Part shown: one piece after another, positions 48,192 to 57,641 of the stretch
Position numbering within the stretch: position 1 is the first letter of the stretch
Layout: each line of letters begins with the position of its first letter
Origin: an uncultured bacterium
Lineage (GTDB): Bacteria > Patescibacteriota > Minisyncoccia > Phycocordibacterales > CAIRYW01
Reading direction: 5' to 3'
Assembly: GCA_963766885.1 (NCBI GenBank)
Contig: CAVYBO010000002.1
Coordinates: 22,014 to 86,013 of the forward strand
DNA length: 64,000 nucleotides
Notes under the pieces: generated by a model
The model's input: only the letters and a program-made list of their open reading frames with translations
Databases searched by the model: none
Told to the model about the DNA's origin: nothing
Position numbers and translations under genes: made by a program

Positions 48192-49283
48192 TTATTTTGA
48201 TTGAAAATCTGAAATTGTTTTAACTACTTTATTATAATCTTTTTTGGACGGTATGTTTATCCTGATACAATCTTTAAAAAGACCGTTACTATGAGGATAG
48301 GCCGAGACGTCATTAACTAAAATTCCTTTTAAATTTAGGTATTTAATGAATTTTTTCTGGTTTTTTATTTTAGCGATAATGAAATTAGTATCGGTCTTAT
48401 AGCAGAAAATGTTTTCCTCTTTAAGAAAAGCTACGAATTTTGCTTTCCTAGTCAAAGTAGATGCGAGTTCTTTTTTGAAATGACCGGCATTTTTAAGCGC
48501 TACAATACCAGCATACACAGCAAAATGATTCACAGCCCACGGCAGACGCAGTTTTAAAAGTTCTTTGATTACGGACGGATGAGCTATGACATAGCCAAGC
48601 CGAAGACCAGCCAAGCCGAAAGATTTGGAAAATGTTCTCAAAATAATTAAGTTGCTATATTTTGAAATCAAATCAACAGCTGTTATGCCGCTAAATTCCA
48701 TATATGCCTCGTCGATAATTACAGGAATTTTATATTCGTAGCATTTTTTAACAAGTGCCGTCATTTGATTATGCGGAATCGATGATCCCAAAGGATTGTT
48801 GGGGTTGCACAAAAGCAACCCTTTTGTTTTTGAGGTGATAGCACTCAGGGTTTTTTCAAAAGGAAAAACGAATAAGTCGTTGTTTGTTGTGTACGCAATA
48901 ATCTCTGATTCTGCCCCGATAAGCTTTAAAATCGAAAAATATACAAAAAAAGTCGGTGATGGAGCCACAACATGATCACCTTCGTTAAAAAATAAATTAA
49001 GGAGCATTTGAATGGCGTGATCAGAGCCGCTGGTGATAGATATGTTTTCTTTTTTTATCTGTGAATATTTTGCAAGAGCAGAGTTGAGCTCTTCGTACTC
49101 GGGATAAGCGGTAACAGTGAAGGCATCGAATTTTTTAAGCGCGGAAAGAATGGTTTTTGTCAAAGAGCCGTAACCTTCGTTTAAATCAAGCCGAATAAAT
49201 GATTTTCTTCCAGTGGGAGGCTTCCAGGATGAAGAATCTGTGACGTGCTTTCTAATTAGCCTTTCGAGGTCTTGTTTTTGCAT
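48192..49283 (-). CDS. PLP-dependent class II aminotransferase/decarboxylase (HisC/CobD-like)
   Basis: RLDLNE, NPNNPLG, DEAY, RTFSKSFGLAGLRLGY (PLP lysine). Confidence 0.9.
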   Translation of the reverse strand: MQKQDLERLIRKHVTDSSSWKPPTGRKSFIRLDLNEGYGSLTKTILSALKKFDAFTVTAYPEYEELNSALAKYSQIKKENISITSGSDHAIQMLLNLFFNEGDHVVAPSPTFFVYFSILKLIGAESEIIAYTTNNDLFVFPFEKTLSAITSKTKGLLLCNPNNPLGSSIPHNQMTALVKKCYEYKIPVIIDEAYMEFSGITAVDLISKYSNLIILRTFSKSFGLAGLRLGYVIAHPSVIKELLKLRLPWAVNHFAVYAGIVALKNAGHFKKELASTLTRKAKFVAFLKEENIFCYKTDTNFIIAKIKNQKKFIKYLNLKGILVNDVSAYPHSNGLFKDCIRINIPSKKDYNKVVKTISDFQSK

Positions 49284-50834
49284 CTAATTATTTTTGACCC
49301 ATTTTTGTTTTATGCCAGTCTGAAAATGGGTCGGATGTCCGTGCGGCCAGAAAATAATATGAGGCTCAACTTTGCCTGGCATCATATTTGCATTGTTCTT
49401 GTGTTCTGCGCTTTTTTCTATCAAACTCGCTGAAACCAGTTTTCTAACTTCCTGGCTTAGCCAATCAGACTCTGTTATTCCTGGTTTTAGTTCGATATTT
49501 AATTCAAGATACTCATCCTGTTTTTTATCATTTTTCGTGTACATTGTGAATTTGCCTGTTATATATTTTTCGAGGCCGTGATTTTGAAGTCCTGCTTTGA
49601 CATATTCTGGATATATAATAGCTCCATAGAGTTTTACAGACAGATCTGTTCGTTCATATATATAAACGAAAGGCAGTTCAGAAACAGTGTCTTTGATACC
49701 AGCTTTTTCGATTTCTTCCCAAATATCGATTTTCTCTTCTTTGAACATTTGTTCGATATCCTTGAAGTCGTAAACACCTCCATTATCGCCGATTTCGTAG
49801 CGTACAAGCGGAAGCACGTTGTTGCCGCTGCAATAAATCTTTCGGTTTACGCTTTCAAAGTTAATGAACTGAGGTATATATTGGCATAATGTTGGTATGC
49901 GAGTTGCTTCAGTAAAGATCTTCCTATACAACTTTTTATTTTTAAGGGCTAGGCGGCGAATAAGTATACTAATAGGAGTTTCTTCAGCCATTGTGCCCAA
50001 GTCGGCAGAGCCGTATATATTTATTGTATCTCTGTATGGATCTTTCATACCAGTTTTTCTCATAATATAGTCCCGGAATTCTTCAGAAAACGATTCTGCT
50101 GCGAATACCATTTTTAAATTAAAATTCTTCCAATTAATACCGTTTTCTTTTCCTTCATCAATGACATCCTTCATAAACGGCGGATAACCGCACAAAATAA
50201 CCTGATCATATTTAGGGCCGATGTTTTTTAAAGATTCAAAAATTTCTTTTTTGTTAACCCCAGGAGTCAAAATTGTCATTGGGTATCCTCTGCCGGAAAT
50301 TGATTTGAATGCTTGGTATGTAATAACCCCTCCGATCCATACGCCCATGCCAAAACAGACTAAAACAAGAGTTGATTTTTTGGGGTCAATTTTCGCGTTT
50401 CGGAAAAACATTTGGTGGTATATAGATGATTGAGCATCCAGAAGTCCATTTCTTGGAAAATAAAATGGCCTGCCGGTTGAACCAGACGTCGAAGTTAATA
50501 CTAGAGATTGTTCGGTTAATGATCCTGGCATGCAAAGTTTCTCCCAAGGATAGCTTCGGAGATAATTATCTTTGTTTACAGGAGGGATATTCTCAAACTC
50601 TTCAAGAGTTTTTATCTTATTTTGGTTGATTTGGGCTTTCTTTAAAAAATCTTTATAAGCCTTCACATTGTCAGCGCATATATGAAAAAGTTCAAGCAAA
50701 TTTTTCGTTCTTTCTTTTTTCCAAAAATCGCTTTTTTTGCTATAAATATAATCTAATCGCTTTCCAGCAATTTGTTTAGGGAGCTTGCTTTCTCTCTCAA
50801 ACAGTTCCGCAATATTTTGTTTCTCCTTGGCCAT
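49284..50834 (-). CDS. Phenylacetate-CoA ligase (PaaK)/F390 synthetase-like adenylate-forming enzyme
   Basis: STSGSTGRP (A3), IYGSAD (A5), PLVRYEIGD (A7), ERTD..KLYGAIIYP (A8). Confidence 0.9.
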   Translation of the reverse strand: MAKEKQNIAELFERESKLPKQIAGKRLDYIYSKKSDFWKKERTKNLLELFHICADNVKAYKDFLKKAQINQNKIKTLEEFENIPPVNKDNYLRSYPWEKLCMPGSLTEQSLVLTSTSGSTGRPFYFPRNGLLDAQSSIYHQMFFRNAKIDPKKSTLVLVCFGMGVWIGGVITYQAFKSISGRGYPMTILTPGVNKKEIFESLKNIGPKYDQVILCGYPPFMKDVIDEGKENGINWKNFNLKMVFAAESFSEEFRDYIMRKTGMKDPYRDTINIYGSADLGTMAEETPISILIRRLALKNKKLYRKIFTEATRIPTLCQYIPQFINFESVNRKIYCSGNNVLPLVRYEIGDNGGVYDFKDIEQMFKEEKIDIWEEIEKAGIKDTVSELPFVYIYERTDLSVKLYGAIIYPEYVKAGLQNHGLEKYITGKFTMYTKNDKKQDEYLELNIELKPGITESDWLSQEVRKLVSASLIEKSAEHKNNANMMPGKVEPHIIFWPHGHPTHFQTGIKQKWVKNN

Positions 50835-50865
50835 AATGAATTACTAATTACTTGACTGAAATATA

Positions 50866-50874
50866 ATTATATCA
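50866..50874 (-). promoter_or_regulatory. Extended -10 promoter of the six-gene operon
   Basis: Minus strand TG-A-TATAAT, 31 nt upstream of ATG 50834. Confidence 0.6.
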
Positions 50875-50896
50875 CACCAGAAAACATTTTTTGGCT

Positions 50897-51286
50897 CTAA
50901 ATTTTTATTATTTTTTGCATTTCCTCGAGTTCCGATTCTGTTGTTATTTTGCCTCCCTTGGGATTTTTTAATTCTTTGTCATTGTTTATTGGAACCAAAT
51001 GTATGTGTGCGTGTGGGACAGCAAAACCCTCAACGATCAGCCCAATTCTTTTGGCCCCAGTCACCTTTTGTAATTTTGGAGCGATTTTTTTAGCAGTCAA
51101 AAATAATTCTTGGTACCCATCATCAGAAATATCAAAGACATTATCAATGTGATTTTTTGGAATAAGAAGCGTGTGCCCAGGATTTATTGGATGAATATCA
51201 AGGAAAGCCAGGTGAGTTTCATCTTCCCAAACTTTGTGACTTGGTAATTCTTCTTTTACAATTTTACAAAAAATGCAATCATCCAT
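50897..51286 (-). CDS. HIT family nucleotide hydrolase
   Basis: CIFC, GHTLLIPK, HAHIHLVP triad. Confidence 0.93.
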   Translation of the reverse strand: MDDCIFCKIVKEELPSHKVWEDETHLAFLDIHPINPGHTLLIPKNHIDNVFDISDDGYQELFLTAKKIAPKLQKVTGAKRIGLIVEGFAVPHAHIHLVPINNDKELKNPKGGKITTESELEEMQKIIKI

Positions 51287-51300
51287 TACATTATTATAGC

Positions 51301-53091
51301 TTAATTATTTTCTTTGGAGTCGTCAGCAAACTGTATGTTATAAAGTTTTTTGTAAGTTGGGCTTTTTTCTAAAAGCTCCTCGTGCTTGCCTGTGGCTTCA
51401 ATCTGACTGTCTTTAAAGACAACAATCATATCAGCATGCAGCACCGTAGAGAGTCTGTGAGCAATAATAATTGAAGTTCGGTCTTTAATTAGAGCATCTG
51501 TAGCTTTGCTAATTAATTTTTCGCTCTCACTGTCCAAATGGCTTGTAGCTTCGTCCAAAATAAGGATCCTTGGATCGCGAAGTACGGCCCGCGCAATGCC
51601 AACTCTTTGGCGCTCGCCGCCAGAAAGCTTGATACCTCGCTCGCCCACAACTGTGTCGTAACCATTTTCTAGCTTTTGGATAAAGCCATCGGCAAGTGCA
51701 GTTTTGGCGGCGTTTTCGATTTCCATTTGATTTGTATTTTCTCTACCGTAGGCTATATTTTCGGAAACAGTTCTTGAAAACAAATCTACTTCTTGCGGCA
51801 CCACAGCCATTTGTTCACGTAAACTTTTTTGCGTTACGTCGCGGATATCTTTTTCATCAATAATAATTTGTCCTTTTTGCGGATCGTATGATCGCATTAG
51901 CATATTTATAAATGTTGTTTTGCCGCTGCCCGATCTTCCAACCAAAGCTACGGTTTTTCCAGCCGGAATTACAAGATTTATACTTTTGAGTGCCCAATCC
52001 TTATTTTCATTATTTACTCCGTGATATGAAAAAGAAACGTTTTTAAATTCAATTTGCTTTTGAAGATACGGAAGGATTTCAGCCTCAGCTTTATCCGTAA
52101 CATGAACCTCTTCATCCAAAACGGCAAATAATCTTTCTACTCGGGTGGCATTGCGCCGCATTCTTGGAAAAATTATCGAAAGCTGGGAGAGCGGCTGATA
52201 TGCCATATTTTGAAGCGTAATAAAAAGCACAAATTGTCCGATTGAGGCTTGTCCAACAAGGACAAACCAGGAGCTCAAAATAAGCACAATCACTCTGCCA
52301 GCTGTTGCAATGGCTGTTTGGGTGTTTTCTACCACTCCCCACAGCCTCTCGGCGCTATACTGAATTTCTCGTGCTTTAGCCATAAGAACATGTTCGTTCT
52401 CCGTTTCGGTTTCTTCCTGGGAGAATTTTTTGACAGTCAGCACATTTCCAGCAACGTCGTAGAGCTCTTTTGAAATCATTTCAAAAACATCGTTTGACTC
52501 CTGTTCGATTTTGTAAATTTTGTCGGAAATTCTTTTGGTGCTCAAAAAATAAATTGGAAAAGGAATAAGCACAGCAATTGCAATCCAAACATTTTCATAC
52601 GTTAATGCGACGAATGTGCCGATGAAAATTATTAAAGACGGCAAAAGCATCTGGCCGATTATGTCATAGAGAATTGAGTAGGCGGAGGTCGCACCCCTTT
52701 CAATTCGTCCGATAATTTGTCCACTTGAAGATTGATGATGGAATAAAGCATGAAGATCAAGATATTTTTCAAATGTTTCATTTCGTAATCGATCTTCTGT
52801 TTTTGTCACTAGTTTGAATAGGTGATAATTGTAGCTTGATTGAAAAATACTAGAAACAAGCGTTGCAAACAAAATTCCAATTGCAGCATAAACTAAGGTT
52901 AACCAAGGTACAGCGCCACCGATTTTTAAATAATTAGTCATCGCATCAATCAAGTCTTTTGAAATAAAAGGAACTACAAGGCTTGCTCCTTGAGATACGG
53001 TAATAAGAAAAATCAAAAAGATAACGGTCTTTTTGCGATCTTTAAGCAATGACAATATTCTTCTTATTGTTCCCTGCGGTTTCTGATCCAT
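51301..53091 (-). CDS. ABC exporter, fused permease/ATPase (MsbA-like)
   Basis: 6 TMs, GRSGSGKT, LSGGERQR, ILDEAT, IAHRLST motifs. Confidence 0.93.
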   Translation of the reverse strand: MDQKPQGTIRRILSLLKDRKKTVIFLIFLITVSQGASLVVPFISKDLIDAMTNYLKIGGAVPWLTLVYAAIGILFATLVSSIFQSSYNYHLFKLVTKTEDRLRNETFEKYLDLHALFHHQSSSGQIIGRIERGATSAYSILYDIIGQMLLPSLIIFIGTFVALTYENVWIAIAVLIPFPIYFLSTKRISDKIYKIEQESNDVFEMISKELYDVAGNVLTVKKFSQEETETENEHVLMAKAREIQYSAERLWGVVENTQTAIATAGRVIVLILSSWFVLVGQASIGQFVLFITLQNMAYQPLSQLSIIFPRMRRNATRVERLFAVLDEEVHVTDKAEAEILPYLQKQIEFKNVSFSYHGVNNENKDWALKSINLVIPAGKTVALVGRSGSGKTTFINMLMRSYDPQKGQIIIDEKDIRDVTQKSLREQMAVVPQEVDLFSRTVSENIAYGRENTNQMEIENAAKTALADGFIQKLENGYDTVVGERGIKLSGGERQRVGIARAVLRDPRILILDEATSHLDSESEKLISKATDALIKDRTSIIIAHRLSTVLHADMIVVFKDSQIEATGKHEELLEKSPTYKKLYNIQFADDSKENN

Positions 53092-53102
53092 ATTTTGATG
53101 GT

Positions 53103-54176
53103 TTATAATCCTTCCTTTTTTAATTCTTCAATTTGTTTTCTGCTTTCCTGAGAGAGTTTCTTAGGAATACTGATTTTGATCTTTAAGAACAAATCTCCCC
53201 TCTGATGTGTCCCAACAGGGACACCCTTTCCTTTTATACGAAGCATCTCGCCAAAGTTGATTCCTTCCGGAATTTTTACTTTCAGGCTGCCGTCTAATAT
53301 TTCTATGTTATATTCGGCGCCCAGAAGTGCATCAGAAAGCTTTACATCCAAGTCCATAATCAAGTTTGACCCTTCCTTGAATATTTTAGGATGCTTTCTG
53401 ACGTGAATTTTGACATATAAGTCTCCGGAAATTCCTCCGGCTTCTGCTTCACCAAAGCCTGTCAGTTTAATCATCTCTCCATTTTCAATACCGGCTGGAA
53501 TTTGAATTTCAATTTCCCGCTGTTCGTTTACCACACCTTTGCCTTTGCAGACTTTGCATTTTTCTTTGGGAATTTTTCCCTTACCAAAACAGGTATCGCA
53601 AACTTTTGTGGTGCTTAGTGTTCCGAGAATTGATCGACGATTTTCTCTGATCGTTCCTTTCCCTGCGCATGTTGGGCAAGTAATAAATTCGCTTCCAGGT
53701 TCTCCACCGCCTCCCTTGCAATGATTGCAGATTGAAGTTTTGTCCAAAGATATTTTTTTTTCAACACCAAAAATTGATTCTTTGAAGTCAAGTTCAATGT
53801 CAATTGAAATATCTCTACCACGTCGCTGTCTTGCTCTTCCTCCGCCGCCAAATATATCGCCAAAAATATCTCCCAAATCAAACGACATTCCTTCACTAAA
53901 GTTACCAAAGTTGTTGAAATCAAATCCTTCAAATCCTGCACCCCCTTGTCCTTGAAACCCAGTACCATCGAAAGTTTTACCATACGTGTCGTATTCGGAG
54001 CGTTTTTTATCATCTGAAAGTACAGAATAAGCTTCACTTATTTCCTTAAATTTAGCTTCGTTTCCACCGCCTTTGTCTGGATGATATTTGTGCGCTAATT
54101 TTCGGAAAGACTTTTTAATATCTTCTTTGGAAGCGTTTTTTTCTATTTCTAATGTTTTGTAATAATCCTTACCCAT
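53103..54176 (-). CDS. dnaJ: Chaperone DnaJ
   Basis: HPD J-domain, G/F region, four CxxCxGxG repeats. Confidence 0.97.
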   Translation of the reverse strand: MGKDYYKTLEIEKNASKEDIKKSFRKLAHKYHPDKGGGNEAKFKEISEAYSVLSDDKKRSEYDTYGKTFDGTGFQGQGGAGFEGFDFNNFGNFSEGMSFDLGDIFGDIFGGGGRARQRRGRDISIDIELDFKESIFGVEKKISLDKTSICNHCKGGGGEPGSEFITCPTCAGKGTIRENRRSILGTLSTTKVCDTCFGKGKIPKEKCKVCKGKGVVNEQREIEIQIPAGIENGEMIKLTGFGEAEAGGISGDLYVKIHVRKHPKIFKEGSNLIMDLDVKLSDALLGAEYNIEILDGSLKVKIPEGINFGEMLRIKGKGVPVGTHQRGDLFLKIKISIPKKLSQESRKQIEELKKEGL

Positions 54177-54185
54177 TTCTCACTT

Positions 54186-56063
54186 TTATTTATTTTCTTC
54201 TTTAAACTCGGCATCCTTTGGGGGTTCTTGGTTCGGGTTCGCTCCACTTTCTGGCGGTGTCGTCTGTTTGCTCATTGCTTCGCCAATTTTTGAAAGCTCA
54301 TTAGACAAAGCAGAAGCGGCGGATTTTATCGCTTCGACATCATCATTTTCTTTTGCTTTTGCAAGCGCAGTTTTCTTTTCTTCAACGCTTGTTTTGAGAT
54401 CGGGAGTAATTTTGTCGCCAAAGTCCTTTAAGCTTTTTTCAGCGGTGTAAATCATCTGATCAGCAAGATTTCTTTCTTCAGCCAGAGACTTGATTTTTTC
54501 GTCAGCTGCTGCGTTTGCCTCCGCATCTTTTTTCATTTTTTCGATTTCATCCTTTGAAAGCCCTGAAGAGGCTTCAATTCTTATTGACTGTTCTTTACCA
54601 GTAGCTTTTTCTTTGGCTTTAACAGCAAGAATTCCGTTTGCATCAATATCGAATGTAACTTCAACTTGTGGAATTCCTCTTGGTGCTGGTGCGATGCCAT
54701 CAAGAATAAATCTTCCAAGTGATTTATTGTCTTTTGCCAGTGCTCTTTCGCCTTGAACAATATGAATGTCCACAGATGTTTGGTTGTCTGCTGCTGTTGA
54801 GAATGTTTGGGATTTAGATGTTGGAATTGTTGTGTTTTTATCAATCAATTTTGTCCCCACTCCGCCAAGAGTTTCAATTCCCAAAGAAAGCGGAATAACA
54901 TCCAAAAGTAAAATATCTTTGACATCCCCGCCTAAAATCCCTCCTTGAATTGCTGCTCCTGCGGCTACAACCTCATCCGGGTTTACGCTCATATTAGGCT
55001 CTTTGCCAAAAAAGTCTTTAACAGCTTTTTGAAGTGCCGGCATTCTTGTCTGTCCTCCAACAAGAATGACTTCATTAATTTCTCCGACTTTAAATGGTGA
55101 GGCTTCCATCGCTCGCTTTGTAATTTCCATCGCTCGTCCTACAAATTCTCCCGCTAATTCTTCAAGCTTTGCGCGATTCATTTTGATCAGCAAGTGTCTC
55201 GGGCCAGAAGCATCTGATGTCAAGAATGGAATATTTATTTCTGTTTCTGCCGCTGCTGAAAGTTCGATTTTTGCCTTTTCAGCTGCCTCATCAAGTCGCT
55301 GCAAAGCAAGCGCGTCACTGCGAACGTCAATTCCAGACTCCTTTTTGAATTCATCCGCAAGGAAATTTATAATTTTTTGATCAATATCTTTGCCTCCAAG
55401 GTGAGCGTCTCCGTCTGTGGATTTGACTTCAATTACATCATCTCCAACCTCAAGAATAGAAACGTCAAAAGTTCCACCTCCAAAGTCAAAGACCGCAATC
55501 TTTTCATCTTTCTTTTTGTTTAATCCGTATGCAAGAGCTGCAGCTGTAGGTTCGTTGATGATTCTTTTGACATCTAATCCCGCAATTTTTCCAGCATCTT
55601 TTGTTGCCTGTCTTTGTGAGTCATTGAAATATGCAGGCACAGTTATGACTGCTTCTGTGATTTTTTCTCCCAATTTTGCTTCGGCATCCGCCTTAAGTTT
55701 TTGTAGAATCATCGCAGAAATTTCTTCTGGGCGATACCATTTGTCAGCCATTTTTACTTCAATTCCGCCGTTTGCTGATTTCTGGATTTCAAAAGGCACT
55801 GACGCTTTGTCTTTCTGCACCCCCGGTTCGTCGAAAGTATGACCTATGAATCGCTTGATCTGATAAATTGTGTTTTTTGGATTTGTAACGCCCTGCCTTT
55901 TTGCCAAAAGGCCGACAAGCTTTTCTCCTGTTTTTGATTCTGCAACAATCGATGGAGTTGTTCTTGCACCTTCTGCGTTTTCAAGAATTTTTGGGCTCCC
56001 CCCTTCCATCACCGCTACGGCTGAGTTTGTTGTTCCTAAGTCGATTCCTATAATTTTTGCCAT
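54186..56063 (-). CDS. dnaK: Chaperone DnaK
   Basis: [25 protein letters not shown] motifs. Confidence 0.98.
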   Translation of the reverse strand: MAKIIGIDLGTTNSAVAVMEGGSPKILENAEGARTTPSIVAESKTGEKLVGLLAKRQGVTNPKNTIYQIKRFIGHTFDEPGVQKDKASVPFEIQKSANGGIEVKMADKWYRPEEISAMILQKLKADAEAKLGEKITEAVITVPAYFNDSQRQATKDAGKIAGLDVKRIINEPTAAALAYGLNKKKDEKIAVFDFGGGTFDVSILEVGDDVIEVKSTDGDAHLGGKDIDQKIINFLADEFKKESGIDVRSDALALQRLDEAAEKAKIELSAAAETEINIPFLTSDASGPRHLLIKMNRAKLEELAGEFVGRAMEITKRAMEASPFKVGEINEVILVGGQTRMPALQKAVKDFFGKEPNMSVNPDEVVAAGAAIQGGILGGDVKDILLLDVIPLSLGIETLGGVGTKLIDKNTTIPTSKSQTFSTAADNQTSVDIHIVQGERALAKDNKSLGRFILDGIAPAPRGIPQVEVTFDIDANGILAVKAKEKATGKEQSIRIEASSGLSKDEIEKMKKDAEANAAADEKIKSLAEERNLADQMIYTAEKSLKDFGDKITPDLKTSVEEKKTALAKAKENDDVEAIKSAASALSNELSKIGEAMSKQTTPPESGANPNQEPPKDAEFKEENK

Positions 56064-56127
56064 AATTTTTGTTTAATTAAGTTTAATAAAGCCTAAGTAA
56101 ATAAAATTATCCAAAAGTTTTTATGGT

Positions 56128-56179
56128 ACGGACATAATTTCTGCTGAAATTTGTCCTCGTTCTCGCGCCGTCGCGCTCC
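56128..56179. repeat. Dispersed hairpin element, copy 2
   Basis: ACGGACATAATTTC-TGCT-GAAATTTGTCCTCG..GCGCCGTCGCGCTCC. Confidence 0.65.
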
Positions 56180-56220
56180 GAAAGCCCAAAAAACATTTGA
56201 TAATTTTATTTTCTGAACGA

Positions 56221-56523
56221 TTATAAATTAGGTCCTCTTGGAATAGAAAGATTAAAATACAAAATTGAATTATATGGAGAAGGAATAAATTTTGAATTTA
56301 TTTTTTGATTGGCTGGTTCGATGTATTTTTTTTCAGTATTTGCTCCAGCAATTGCAAGAGTGTTTGATTCTATCGGTAAAGCAGTTTCAATAGCTGTTGA
56401 GGAAATGACTTTAGCTTTTACCCTACCATCCTCCAAATACACAAGAAAAAGGACGCGGAATTGAATTCCTTGAGGCGAGGTAATGATTTTTTCAACAAAT
56501 TTTGACTGAGAAATTGTTAACAT
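56221..56523 (-). CDS. Hypothetical 100-aa protein between grpE and dnaK
   Basis: ORF with leaderless promoter TG-C-TAAAAT-6 nt-ATG; ends in IPRGPNL. Confidence 0.75.
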   Translation of the reverse strand: MLTISQSKFVEKIITSPQGIQFRVLFLVYLEDGRVKAKVISSTAIETALPIESNTLAIAGANTEKKYIEPANQKINSKFIPSPYNSILYFNLSIPRGPNL

Positions 56524-56543
56524 ATGATGATTTTAGCATAACT

Positions 56544-57110
56544 TTACTCTTTTTTATACTCTCCAACTTTTACCTTGGGTGCTCGAAGTTCTTTTCCATT
56601 TAATGAATATCCTTTTTGTATAACATTTGTAATTATTTGGTCCATATCTTTTTCTTCAACTACCACATATTCAATCGCTTCATCGCGCATCGGATCAAAT
56701 TTTTCGCCGACAGGATTTATTTCTTTGAGGCCGTCCTGTTCAAGAGTTTGTTTGAAGTGATTGTAGATGTATTCCACGCCAATTCTCCAGTTTTTATCCA
56801 CTTTCTCCCAAGCTTCTTTGTTGCTCATTGCCATATCAAAACTTTCTAGAACAGGAATCAAACCATCAATCAGTCTTTCGCTGGCGTATTTTATAATTTC
56901 CTTTCTTTCAACTTCATCTCTTTTGCGCGCATTAATAAAATCCGCTTTGTCTCTTTGCCAGTTTGTCAGGTAGTCCATCTTTTCAGACTCGAGGAGTTTG
57001 ATTTTTTCTTTTAGTTCCTTTATCTTGTCTTTTTCGTTATCAGAAAAATCAACGTCGTCTGAAGTATCATCAGTTTCCTCAATTTCTATTTCTTCTTTAT
57101 CTTTGTTCAT
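56544..57110 (-). CDS. grpE: Nucleotide exchange factor GrpE
   Basis: ADFINARKR, FDP..EA, QKGY.L....R..KV.V motifs. Confidence 0.95.
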   Translation of the reverse strand: MNKDKEEIEIEETDDTSDDVDFSDNEKDKIKELKEKIKLLESEKMDYLTNWQRDKADFINARKRDEVERKEIIKYASERLIDGLIPVLESFDMAMSNKEAWEKVDKNWRIGVEYIYNHFKQTLEQDGLKEINPVGEKFDPMRDEAIEYVVVEEKDMDQIITNVIQKGYSLNGKELRAPKVKVGEYKKE

Positions 57111-57160
57111 AGTAAAAGCATTGTAAAAGATTTAGCCAATATTGCAAGAAAAATTGAATT

Positions 57161-57598
57161 TTAATTTGATGTTATAATTTTTTTTCCTTGCGGTGTTGTC
57201 CAATCGGTAAATCTCCACCAATTAGGTGTAAATTTAAAGAATACAAACTTAGGATCTTTTGACTTTTCTTTTTTCTCTGGAAATTTTCCAAGATAAACGG
57301 AATCAAAGGTATCTTTTTCATCGTTTTTCAAAAGTTCTACAATTCCATCAAGTTGGAGGGTTTTCATATTATTTTCGTCAGAGCCTATCACAAAAGAAGC
57401 TCTGGCTTTTTCTCTGCCAAACAAAGCTTCTGCTTTACGATATTCACGATATGTTTCAAAGTAAAATACAAAAGGATTTTCTGTATGAGCAAAATGAACT
57501 GTTGCGGCATGTGGAGAACCATCAAGCATTTCCACTGCTATAACTCCAACACGCTGTGTTTTAACATACTTTAGTACCTCATCTGGTGTCTTAATCAT
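57161..57598 (-). CDS. Pyridoxamine 5'-phosphate oxidase-like FMN-binding split-barrel protein
   Basis: DGSPHAATVHF, T..YRK, TLQLDG, F.P.WWRF motifs. Confidence 0.75.
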   Translation of the reverse strand: MIKTPDEVLKYVKTQRVGVIAVEMLDGSPHAATVHFAHTENPFVFYFETYREYRKAEALFGREKARASFVIGSDENNMKTLQLDGIVELLKNDEKDTFDSVYLGKFPEKKEKSKDPKFVFFKFTPNWWRFTDWTTPQGKKIITSN

Positions 57599-57610
57599 TA
57601 ATTAATTATA

Positions 57611-57636
57611 ACAAAAATCCCTCTTTCGAGGGATTT
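57611..57636 (-). terminator. Intrinsic terminator of the ribosomal protein operon
   Basis: Minus strand AAATCCCTC-GAAA-GAGGGATTT followed by TTGT, right after the rpsI stop. Confidence 0.75.
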
Positions 57637-57641
57637 GGAGA

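Noticed and set aside
48192-49283. Calling this gene hisC
   Set aside because: No other his genes in the window and it is embedded in an unrelated operon; family motifs do not specify substrate.
56064-57160. CIRCE/HrcA operator at grpE-dnaK
   Set aside because: Only an isolated TTAGCA; no TTAGCACTC-N9-GAGTGCTAA inverted repeat.
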